64,000 bases of DNA from Sphaerodactylus townsendi (taxonomy: Eukaryota), in assembly GCF_021028975.2 (NCBI RefSeq), contig NC_059430.1, forward strand, positions 11,036,001 through 11,100,000. Reading direction: 5' to 3'. The notes below the pieces were generated by a model, which worked only from the letters and a program-made list of their open reading frames with translations, was not told the DNA's origin and made no database searches. Shown piece by piece: positions 52,001 to 61,593 of the stretch. The number at the start of each line of letters is the position of its first letter. Positions within the stretch are counted from its first letter, which is position 1. A program made the translations under genes and the position numbers.

Positions 52001-53928
52001 TAAAACTGGTCAGTGATGGTTTTCTTCTGCCCCACTGGCATAAGAGGTGCATCATCTCTGGGTCTATAGGGGTGAACCATTCAGAAATAGCTGCCCTGTC
52101 TTTCAGGGGATTTCCCGTGTCTTTCAGGGGGTGAGGCCAGTGGTGGGATCCAAACATTTTAGTAACAGGTTCCCATGGTGGTGGGATTCAAACAGTGGCG
52201 TAGCGCCAATGGGGCTGGGTGGGGCACGACGGGGGCGTGGCCGGGCATTCCGGGGGCGGGGCAATAATAATTTCTCTGTATTGTCGAAGGCTTTCACGGC
52301 CGGAATCACTTGGGTGCTGTGTGGTTTCCGGGCTGTATGGCCGTGTTCTAGCAGCATTCTCTCCTGACGTTTCGCCTGCATCTGAAGATGCCAGCCACAG
52401 ATGCAGGCGAAACGTCAGGAGAGAATGCTGCTAGAACACGGCCATACAGCCCGGAAACCACACAGCACCCAAATAATTTCTCTGTTACTGTAAAAAACTC
52501 TTACTGTAAAAAAAATGTTCCTAATTTCCAGCTGGTATCTTTCTGTCCATAATTTAAACTCATCATAGCAAGTCCTATCGTCTACTGCCAACAGAAACAA
52601 CTACTTCTCCTCTAATTGACTGCCTGTCAAATACTTAATACTTTCAAATAATTTTGTATCTAGAAATCAAAAGAAGGATACTTTCCTTAAACCAGGAACT
52701 TTACCGTATTTCTAAAACATGTTTTTAAAACAGCCCAACAGGGAGAATTATCCCGTTTTCTACCTTCGCTAACCAGCCACAGAGGAAACAACAGGACTTT
52801 ATGATTTTTGGACCTAATGGAATTTGTAACGGAAAAGCAGACCCAATTAGCAACCCCCTCTCGGCACACACAAATAATTAGTAACCCACTCTTGGGGACT
52901 GGTGGGAACCTGCTGGATCCCACCTCTGGGTGAGGCTAGATGACTTTTGAGGTCACTTCCAGCTCTGTGTTTCCATGTTTAAGTGACACCTGTTAAATAA
53001 GTTCTGCAAGCTAGACCAAAGTTATGCAGCGGAAGCAGCAGAAGCAAGAACTAGCTGATTCCCAGCAATGCCATTCCCAGCTATTCCCAGCTGATTCCCA
53101 GCAATGCCATTCCCAGCTAACAGCCAAGTTTGCCTTTGAAACAAGAACGGATTATGCGCCAAACATCTCAGAATAACCATTTTACATCATTTTGTCTCCT
53201 AACTGTATACCCATTAATGAAAGAACGTATTTACCAACTGACTTTCCTTTGTAAACTTGCTGAGTCATTCTTCCTTCCCACCAGCGCACATAACCGAAAA
53301 GGTTATTCAACCCCACAAGTTTCCAGGTCTTCGGCTTTATTTTCAAAACGAACACGGGGGGGGATCCTTGCAAATCTATTCCGTATAGATTGCAGGCAGG
53401 GCTCAGCAGGCAGCTTTGAGATCCCCCACACGGTTAAATTAAGGCCCCTTCCGCACATGCAGAATCATGCACATGCAATCCACTTTCACAATTGCTTGAA
53501 AGTGGATTTTGCCACTCTGCGCAGTAAAATCCAGCTCTGAAGCGCACTGAAAGCGGATAGAAAGTGCATTACTCTGCATGTGTGGAAGGGGCCTTAGATG
53601 CTGGCCTGCAACCTGCGAAACCTAAGCTGGACCGAGGCGCGCGTGGACTACCAGCCCCCCCCCCCCCCAATGCTGCCTGTGCGCCCCCCCCTCTCAAATT
53701 AGGGGTCTCAGGAGTCCCAGATCCGTGGGCCTGGCTTGCAAGCTATAGGCCCAGCGGAGACCCCCGGGGGAGGAGGGGCAAGTTGTGCTAGGAAGGGGAT
53801 GGGAGAAAGGGTGCGAGTCCTTGCAAGCGCTTTCCCACGACTCCAAGGGCAGCCCGCGGCCAGCCTCGCTTTCCCGCGGGCCCGGGGAGGGGAGGGGGGG
53901 GGTGAGCGCTGCATACCTGGCAGGTCAT
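49027..53928 (-). CDS. MOCS2: Molybdopterin synthase sulfur carrier subunit MOCS2A (86 aa)
   Basis: Exons 53928-53917 (MTCQ), 51851-51730 (VEVLYFARSADLAGVRSETISVP...) and 49153-49027 (...GDEIAIIPPISGG-stop). Ends in the MoaD-type C-terminal di-glycine. Confidence 0.95.
49319..49657 (+). mobile_element. tRNA-derived SINE with duplicated 5' head
   Basis: gagcagca(g/t)tggcgtaggaggttaagag occurs twice in tandem. Confidence 0.88.
49940..51390 (-). mobile_element. Degenerate L1-like fragments in MOCS2 intron 2, interrupted by MITEs
   Basis: A-rich minus strand with L1-like remnants (EWFLLYHQLKEKYKQD and similar). Confidence 0.5.
50586..50820. mobile_element. Tc1/mariner-type MITE, same family
   Basis: Near-identical to 44217-44451. 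Confidence 0.75.
51516..51644. mobile_element. Fully palindromic hairpin MITE
   Basis: Palindrome; 8-bp TSD CCTTAGGA. Confidence 0.9.
52138..52928. mobile_element. hAT-type MITE family A, long variant with nested Penelope-derived element
   Basis: TIRs and 8-bp TSD GGTGAGGC. Confidence 0.9.
52277..52470. mobile_element. Penelope-derived palindromic element
   Basis: Same family; flanking duplication AATAATTTCTCTGT. Confidence 0.75.
53442..53594. mobile_element. Palindromic MITE (GGCCCCTTCCGCAC TIR; PIF/Harbinger-like)
   Basis: Inverted termini flanked by TAA/TTA; relatives at ~29997-30126, 35301-35401, 50985-51126. Confidence 0.65.
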
Positions 53929-54250
53929 TGACAGTCCGTCCAGGTGCAGCCGCCGCCGCCGCCGCCGCCGCCGCCTCCGAGCCAGCGATTGGTGCGCCTG
54001 CAGCGTCTGCCCGGGGAGTCCCCGCGCCAGCTGCGGCTCCACCCGGCCGGCCCCTGCGCACCGCCTCCAACCTGCTCCGCCTTCGGGGGGGCTGGCTTGT
54101 CCCAGCAGGAAGAAACCCGAGATCGGAGGGGGAGGAGGACGTTTCGCCCCCGTTGGGTTGGGTGCGGAGGGAGGGTGTGGTAGTTGAGCCGGAGTAGCCT
54201 GCCTGCCTCCCGATAGTCTTTAGGGCAGTATTGGAGAGGCTGTGCGCCCA
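53630..54250 (-). promoter_or_regulatory. MOCS2: CpG island / promoter and first exon of MOCS2
   Basis: CpG-dense stretch around exon 1 ATG (53928); includes a (GCC)9 tract at ~53949-53975 just upstream of the ATG. Confidence 0.8.
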
Positions 54251-54726
54251 CCCCCCAGAGGCGGGATCCAGCAGGTTCCCACCAGTTCCCAAGAGTGGGT
54301 TGCTAATTATTGGTGTGTGCCGAGAGGGGGTTGCTAATCGGGTCCGCTTTTCCGTTAGAAATCCCATTAGGTCCAAAAACCATAAAGTCCTGTTGTTTCC
54401 TATGTGGCTGGTTAGGGAAGGTAGAAAAACGGGATCATTCTCCCCGTTGGGCTGTTTTAAAAACATGTTTTAGAAGTAGGGTCAAGTTCCTTGTTTCAGG
54501 AAAGTATTCCTTCTTTTGATTTCTAGAAACAAAATGAAGTATTTGAAAGTATTAAGTAGTTGACAGGCAGTCGATTGGAGGAGAAGTCGTTGTTTCTGTG
54601 GGCAGCAGACGATAGGACTTGCTAGAATGAGTTTAAATTATGGACAGAAAGATAGTGTAACCCCCATGCCCAGAATGGGTTGGCCCAGAATGGGTTGACC
54701 CAGAAAGGGGTGGAGTCTGAAAAGAA

Positions 54727-55287
54727 GCAGAATAGAATAGAATAGAATCTTCATTGGCCAAGTGTGATTGGACACACAAGGAATTTGTCTCCGGTGCATA
54801 TGCTCTCAGTGTACATAAAAGAAAAATACATTTGTCAAGAATCATAAGGTACAGCACTTAATGATTGTCATATAGGTCTAGTAAGCAATCAGGAAACAAT
54901 CAGTAGTAATGAAAACATAAAATGTAAAATCATAAAATAAAATGTCAGCACAGGCTATAGTCATACAGTCATAAGTGGGAGGAGATGGGTAATAGGAATG
55001 ATGAAAAAAGTAGTGCAGTAATTATATAATAAGTATATAATAAATAGTTTGACATTATCGAGGGAATTATTTGTTTAACAGAGTGATGGCATTCGGGAAA
55101 AAACTGTTCTTATGTCTAGTTGTCTTGGTGTGCAGTGCTCTGTAGCGACGTTTAGAGGGTAAGAGTTGAAACAGTTTATGTCCAGGATGCGAGGGGTCAG
55201 TAAATATTTTCACAGCCCTTTTTTTGACCCGTGCAGTATACAGGTCCTCAATGGAAGGCAGGTTAGCAGCAATTGTTTTTTCTGCAG
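54727..55287 (-). mobile_element. Second Rex1/Babar subfamily 3' fragment with (ATTCT)n tail
   Basis: Minus-strand translation AEKTIAANLPSIEDLYTARVKKRAVKIFTDPSHPGHKLFQLLPSKRRYRALHTKTTRHKNSFFPNAITLLN; tail reads gaatagaatagaat on the + strand. Confidence 0.85.
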
Positions 55288-55450
55288 AATGCTGCAGAAC
55301 TCAGAGCTCTTTGGAGAAGACAAGGCTACCAGACTCGGACCTTGATTTCTATAAGCCCTTAACACCTTGTTAAGGTAATTGCAATATTATTGGGAACTAC
55401 TGGGAAGGTAGTTGTTTATTTTTGCTATGTTGTAAATGTTGGAGTTTATT

Positions 55451-55672
55451 TGGGTGCTGTGTGGTTTCCGGGCTGTATGGCCGTGTTCTAGCAGCATTCT
55501 CTCCTGACGTTTCGCCTGCATCTGTGGCTGGCATCTTCAGAGGATCCTCTGAAGATGCCAGCCACAGATGCAGGCGAAACGTCAGGAGAGAATGCTGCTA
55601 GAACACGGCTATACAGCCCGGAAACCACACAGCACCCAAGTGATTCCGGCCGTGAAAGCCTTCGACAATACA
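55451..55672. mobile_element. Penelope-derived palindromic element with hammerhead-like motifs
   Basis: 188-bp near-perfect palindrome (55451-55638) plus a unique tail; 12-bp duplication TTGGAGTTTATT; CTGAAGA...GAAACGTC core on both strands. Confidence 0.75.
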
Positions 55673-56524
55673 TTGGAGTTTATTGTTTCAGGGTTTCTTT
55701 TTGTGGTTGTAATGGGTGAGAGTTCTCCTGGAAACCTTCATCATGTTGCATCCTGTTCACCAAGCCCTTGGAGTCTTCTTCAGGAGCCAACCTACTTTAC
55801 CAAAGAAGAATTGGACTTGGCAGTAGCAGTAGACTGTAACTAGAAGGACTTGAATGTAACTAGAGCTCTATAGGAATCGCAAGTTTCTCCGATAACTATA
55901 CTTATCAGTTTCACCAGCATGGCCAATTGGCCATGCTGATAGAGGCTGATGGGAATTGTAGTTCCTGAACATCTGGAGAGCCGCAGGTTCCCTACCCCTG
56001 CCCTAGAGGATGGGGCGGTATAAAAGTTTAATAAATAAATAAAAATAAATAAACCTGAACAGGACCTTGAATTGTAATGTTCAATGTTGATGTTTAATGT
56101 TATTTGTAAAGAGAAGTTTTGTTTAAATTTGGTTCTTTGCAACTCCTTCCAAGTACTGCCCCACAGAACCCACAAGCTGAGGTTACAATAGCAGCTGGAA
56201 ATTAGGAACTGTTTTTTACAGTAAGAGTTTTTTACAGTAACAGAGAAATTATTAATGCCCCGCCCCCGGAATGCCCGGCCACGCCCCTGTCATGCCCAGC
56301 CCCATTGGCGCTACGCCACTGTTTGAATCCCACCGCCATGGGAACCTGTTACTAACATTTTTGGATCCCACCACTGCCGACCCCTATCAGTTGCACAGGA
56401 TTTCCTGATCTGCAAACTCAGGGAGGGCTTTAGCTTGGGGTACGCGTGGAAGTCCAGTGATACTCGCTGCCTTTTTTTTTTTTTTTTGTACACAGGATAT
56501 AATGTGGATGCTGTAATTAACCAC

Positions 56525-56950
56525 CACACAACCTTTATTAGGCATTTAAAATAGAGCATTACCAGACATTTATAAGGCACAAATCAAGAGTACATTCGAA
56601 ACGCAGACAGGAAGACTGTATATAGCAGTACACATTACTTAGAAAGTTCTGTCATTTGTAAAAGAAATTTTGCTACTTTTCCCAAGAGCATGACATCTGT
56701 ATTGTTTAACAGAAGTTCCACAACAGAACTGTCAGAGTCTCTTTCAGATTTGTCTAGGGCCAGCCTGGGAGAGAAATTCCTAATGCCCACATATCTCAGA
56801 CAGTCGAGTATAATGTGGGCAAGAGTCTCCACTTGGTTTTTATAGTGTGGACAAACCCGATCCTGGAGAGGGATAGATAAGTAGCCACCCTTTGTAACGG
56901 CAGATGGGAAAGTGTTGGAGATGCTGCAATTGTGTAAATGATATATGGAA
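56525..56950 (-). mobile_element. Non-LTR retrotransposon 3' fragment with C-terminal Cys/His knuckle (RTE-X-like)
   Basis: DRVCPH...ETLAHIILDCLRY...VAKFL; AATAAAGG plus simple-repeat tail. Confidence 0.65.
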
Positions 56951-57202
56951 TAGCGCCACAAATCTCTCTGATTTTTTTTCTCCACTTCATGTATAAAATC
57001 AGACTTGCACCAGATTTCTTTCTTACTGCTGTAAAAGTTTACCTTTGTGATTTTTTTTTGACTGCTTAAAATATGTGTGTGTTACAGTAATATATGTGTA
57101 AATATCTTGGGTTTTTTTCCTGATTGGAATTTTTTTTAAGTGACTTGCCAGGAAAAAGAAGCAGTGCAGCAGCATTCTGAGTTAAGTTGTGAGGCTCTGA
57201 CA

Positions 57203-57889
57203 ATTTCAATTTCAATAAGCCTTTATTGGCATACAGAACATACGATATAAATACAGTTAAAATTACTAGATAAAACTTCACACTGGATCATAAGTTCAGC
57301 TCACAAACCTCAGCCAGAAACTTTGCCACTGTGAGACAACAGTCAAGGTCATTGCAGTTTAAGAGCATATTTACTTTATCAAGCTCTGTCAGGGTTTTCA
57401 TAGAGTCAATGATTTGTACTAATAAGCTGGATCTTGGTTTCTGGCAAAGTGGGCAGTGGAGGAGAATGTGCGCAATGGAATCCAACTGCCCTGGGCTGCA
57501 GGGGCAAAGCCTCTTATCGTTTGGTAGACCCTTGAGTCTTCCTCTATGGAGTGGGGATGGCATAATATTAAACCTAGCCAGCAAGCGCTGCGATATAGTA
57601 GGCTGGGTTTCCCTGCACAAATGGAATTGCCACGTTCATTGGCGAGCAGGATTTGTTGGCCAAGCTCTGCAGTTGTTGATAATCCATTGCTAGTAGCCGC
57701 TCTTTGATGAGGGCAAATGTCTCAGTACTGGTTAGCATGTTCAGAGAGTCACTATCATAGCCCAATTCCCCAATCTTTGTTATAACTGTTGTGCACCATT
57801 TAGAGTGATGGATTTCTCTCAAGGTGAGTTGCGTCAGTGAGTTGTCGGAGCTTTGATAGTGAATATGCAGCCAAAATTTTATGATGTTA
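57203..57889 (-). mobile_element. Non-LTR retrotransposon 3' fragment (RTE-X-like) with TSD
   Basis: LARFNIMPS...RLCPC...HILLHCPL...VAKFL; 13-bp TSD TGAGGCTCTGACA (57190-57202 and 57890-57902). Confidence 0.75.
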
Positions 57890-57949
57890 TGAGGCTCTGA
57901 CATAAAGCAATTTTTCTGAGTATGGATTTTTGCCCTTTGCCTGGCAGCA

Positions 57950-58570
57950 TGCTGCGGAGATGGACCAGAATGTCCATAAATTTGTATTTGATTAAGTTGT
58001 ATGAACCAAAGATTGCTAAGAATCAAAATGTGGTTTCTGTATAAGACACCAGCAGGCCTGCATGTTTAGCAGCAGGTCAAAAGGCATGTCAGAAGCTTGT
58101 CAGTGATTAGGCAGGCAAGCAAAGATTAACATCTTTAAGATCTTGTCACTAAAGGGCCAACGTGACAGCAGACATATACTTTATAACTTTGTTTTTGGTT
58201 AGAACTAGCTATTTGAATAACAGAAGGAATGTGACACGTAGAATAGAGGCTGTCTTACTGTGACAAGGAGACAGAAACTATCCAATGGGATTTTAAGGTT
58301 CATGTTTATACCACATGAAAGGGGTATGGATGATGTACATGGATCTTAAGGGGATGAACTGTATGACGTATGTATTCTTTGTATCTATAAAGACTGAGGT
58401 CTTTCCTATGGTGGGTGTGCCTCTTACTTAAGGGGACACCCTGGTCAGATACTTATGCTGTCCAGTAAACTTATCTTCTGTTTCAAACCTGCTTCTTGGG
58501 TATTTTCTAACTTAGTCTTAAACTAATTCAGCTGTGTAGGACCAGAGACGCGGTCCTGGCCCCACAGCGC
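57950..58570 (+). mobile_element. Possible solo LTR
   Basis: LTR-like layout with TATAAA (~58387) and AGTAAA (~58464); termini and TSD not resolved. Confidence 0.35.
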
Positions 58571-59244
58571 CTTTGTAAGGATTCCTGTTATGTATTTTAG
58601 ACCCTATTTTTGACTGTTTTTAGCGCCTATTTGTAGCTGCAATCTTGTGAATGCTTTCTCACTTTCTGGGAGACTGAGATCTCTCAGACTGACCTACCTT
58701 GGAGGGTTGTTGACAAAATAGGGAAAGGAGATTCATGCATAATACTGTTAAGCTTTTGAAGGAGTGGTGAGATTTTAAAAATGGCAGATAGGAGTAAATA
58801 TCACTGGATTTGATGATGCTTGCTTCTGAGTAAATCTACAGAGCATTGGATTGCAACTGCCACAGCATCTTCTGGGATTGTAGTTTTGTGAGGGTGCTAA
58901 AAATTCTTAGTTGAAGATCCTAGCCTCTCTTGCCCCGCACCCTGTTGCCGTTGTGCTCAGCTAGTGCCCTTGTGTCTAAAGAGATAAGATGGGATGTAAT
59001 ATATTACATACATGTAAAGATCTTGAGAACACTTCCTTAGGAGTAAGCCCCACTGACATACTTTGGATGTCACTGCTGATTTCAAGAGACTTAGAACAAT
59101 GTAACTGTTTTTAAGATTGTCATATAAAGAATATGAGTTTGATTTATACATATTGAAAAGTAAAGGCAAGCACAGAAAGGCAAAGATTTTTTTTTCTGCT
59201 TGTAACGTGAGAAATCAGGACAGAGGGAAGTCTGATACACCCAC

Positions 59245-59413
59245 AGAGGTGTATCACTGTGTGTAACAGACTGCCCTCTGTGATACACCTCTGAAGATTT
59301 TAGCCACAGATGCAGGCGAAACGTTAGGAACAAGATCCACCAGACCATGGTCACACAGCCCGGAAAACCCACCAGACCTAGTTGAATCCGGCCGTGAAAG
59401 CCTTCGACAATAC
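59245..59413. mobile_element. Penelope-derived element
   Basis: cctctgaaga...gcaggcgaaacgttagg...gccgtgaaagccttcgacaataca; further remnants at ~5295-5412, 6968-7086, 35402-35553. Confidence 0.7.
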
Positions 59414-60139
59414 AAAGAAACAGAAGTTTGAAAACTTGAAATGGGGGCAGTGGTTAGAGTTTTAGAATGTTCTGGAGAGACCCAGGTACTCTGCTTACCA
59501 CAAACTTCATCATTTTCTCTCAACCTAGCCTACCTCACAAGATTGTTGGAAGGTTAAGGGGGAAGAATCATGTCTATCATCCCAAACTCCTTCAACTAAG
59601 TTGTGATAAAAGTGTACTATATTATAGATGCTCGGCTGCAATTTGGTTCTTATTGCTGATAATGTAAGAGACACAAAGATGGAAGCAGACTCTGTGAGTC
59701 TTTTACACACTACACATCACCCTGCTTTTCATTCCTGACTTCTTGTTTATTCTTAAGCCATATATTTTATTATCTTTTCATTGCAATGAATGATGGAAGC
59801 AAAACGTACCTGAGCACAGTGGCAAAAACGCCCCCCGTGCATGGGCAGGGAAACCCCCTCTGTCCCAGGGAGCAGGCTCCTTTGGGCAGAGGGGGAATGG
59901 CGGTGCCACCGAGCAGGGAACCCCTTCTGCCCCATGGGGAAGGCCTTCTCCCTGGGGCAGAGAGGGGGATGGTGGCCTCCGTGTTTTCTGCACCCCCATG
60001 GGTTCCTGCAGCACAGGGTCCATGGGAGTGGGGGAAATGCGGAGGCTGAACCGGGTGCAACTTTGCCCAGCTAAGCCTCTGGCCAACCTGGAACGGGCGC
60101 CATCGAAAGCTACCCTGAAGACACTTAACAGTGTATTTA

Positions 60140-60453
60140 GGAGCAGCAGTGGCATAGCGGTTAAGAGCAGGTGCATTCTGATCTGGAGGAACTGGGTTTG
60201 ATTCCCCGCTTTGCCGCTTGAGTTGTGGAGGCTTATCTGGGGAACTAGATTAGCCTGTGCACTCCAACACTCGCCAGCTGGGTGACCTTGGGCTAGTCAC
60301 AGCTTCTCAGAGCTCTCAGCCCCACCCACCTCACAGGGTGTTTGTTGTGGGGGGGGGGAGGGAAAGGACCCTTTGAGTCTCCTTACTGGAGAGAAAGGGG
60401 GGATAGGAATCCAAACTCCTCCTCCTCTTCTTCCTCTTCTTCTTCCTCTTCTT
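60140..60453 (+). mobile_element. tRNA-derived SINE
   Basis: Full copy. Confidence 0.88.
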
Positions 60454-60559
60454 AACGCCACATTATTTTCAACCACAAACATGTAACTGGGGATTAATTT
60501 ACTTCCTTAGCACTTCTCCGCAATTCCTACAAACAGCATTCCATTGTAGAACTGCCATC

Positions 60560-60830
60560 ACAGAAGCAGCGGCCATCTTGGGTAAGGGCAAACGCCGGCT
60601 TCAGTAGAGTCCCGGCCGTATGACCAGCCTCCCGGAAGAAGGACCGTTCCAAGTCTCGCGAGACCCACAGCTGCTTGGCCGGAGCGATTTCTGCAAACGC
60701 TGTTAGAAGCTCGCATTGGGGGTGTCTGCAGAACCTCCGCGGACCGTGGCTCGTCCTGCCGCGTTATTGTCACTGCTCGGCCCTTGCCCGTTGAGTCCCT
60801 GCTGCGGGTCTTTGCCGTGTCGGTGATGGG
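60560..60830 (+). promoter_or_regulatory. CZIB: CpG-rich housekeeping-type promoter of CZIB
   Basis: YY1-like GCGGCCATCTT (~60569), ETS-like CCGGAAG (~60631) and palindrome TCTCGCGAGA (~60654) directly upstream of the ATG exon. Confidence 0.75.
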
Positions 60831-61418
60831 GGTGAGCGGAGCCGCTGCCTCTGTGCAGAGGGATTGAAGCACTTGGGGGGGCTCAGACAGAGGCGCAGCT
60901 GGGCAAAGCTGCGGCAGGGGCGGCCTCTGCGTCCCCCCCCCCCCATGGCCCCGTGCCGCAGGGATCCATGGGGGGTGCAGAAAGCACGGGTGGGGCAGAG
61001 GGGGTTCCCTGCTCGGTGCCACCGCCATTCCCCCTCTTCCCAATGGAGCCTCCTCCCTGGGACCGAGGGGGTTTCCCTGCCCATGCAATGGGGGGGCGGG
61101 GGGCGTTTTTGCCACTGTGCTCAGCTACGTTCTGCTTCCAGCATTCATTGCAATTAAAAGACAATAAAATACGCGGCTTATGAATAAACAGCAAGTCAGG
61201 AATGAAAAGGTGGGTGGCGTCTGCTTACGTTATCTTGCATTATCAGCAATAATGCCTGGGGGGCATCTTTGCCACTGTGCTGAGGTACGTCTGGGGTCAT
61301 CTCCCGCACCTGATACGCTCACCTCTCTTTGCAGAAGATCGGGTTGCAGCTGAAAGCCACGTTAGAAAATATTACCAATCTCAGACCGGTGGGGGAGGAT
61401 TTTCGGTGGTACCTGAAG
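60826..61418 (+). CDS. CZIB: CXXC motif-containing zinc-binding protein (C1orf123), exons 1-2; gene continues beyond the window
   Basis: ATG GGG|gtgagc (60826-60831) spliced to 61335-61418 gives MGKIGLQLKATLENITNLRPVGEDFRWYLK, nearly identical to the N-terminus of vertebrate CZIB. Confidence 0.93.
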
Positions 61419-61593
61419 GTATGTGTGAAGGGCATTACTGCATTTACACAGAGTACATTGATAGGTCACGATGCAAATTGCAGTTATTATACCTTGTTCC
61501 TAGGTAAGGGTGGTTCCCCCCCCCCTTTAGTGTCAAATAATGGAGCAGCTGTCAGTTGGCACTGCGTGAACTAGCAGGTGCAGAGTGGCTTAG

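Larger units (their letters stand above)
54656..56187. mobile_element. Solo LTR carrying nested insertions
   Basis: TGTAAC...GTTACA inverted termini and 4-bp TSD ATAG; splits a hAT MITE. Confidence 0.8.
54256..56376. mobile_element. hAT-type MITE family A, long variant split by a solo LTR
   Basis: Halves 54256-54655 and 56188-56376 join to match the reverse complement of the 52138 copy. Confidence 0.85.
59649..61252. repeat. Inverted repeat pair (~59649-60072 and ~60897-61252) around CZIB promoter/exon 1
   Basis: Arms are colinear reverse complements, e.g. tgagcacagtggcaaaaacgcccccc / gggggcgtttttgccactgtgctca and ttattgctgataatg / cattatcagcaataa. Confidence 0.85.

Noticed and set aside
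60499-60576. Divergent gene starting AAGATGGCCGCT (MAAASVM...) on the minus strand
   Set aside because: Stops after 25 codons with no recognisable homology; better explained as a YY1 site.
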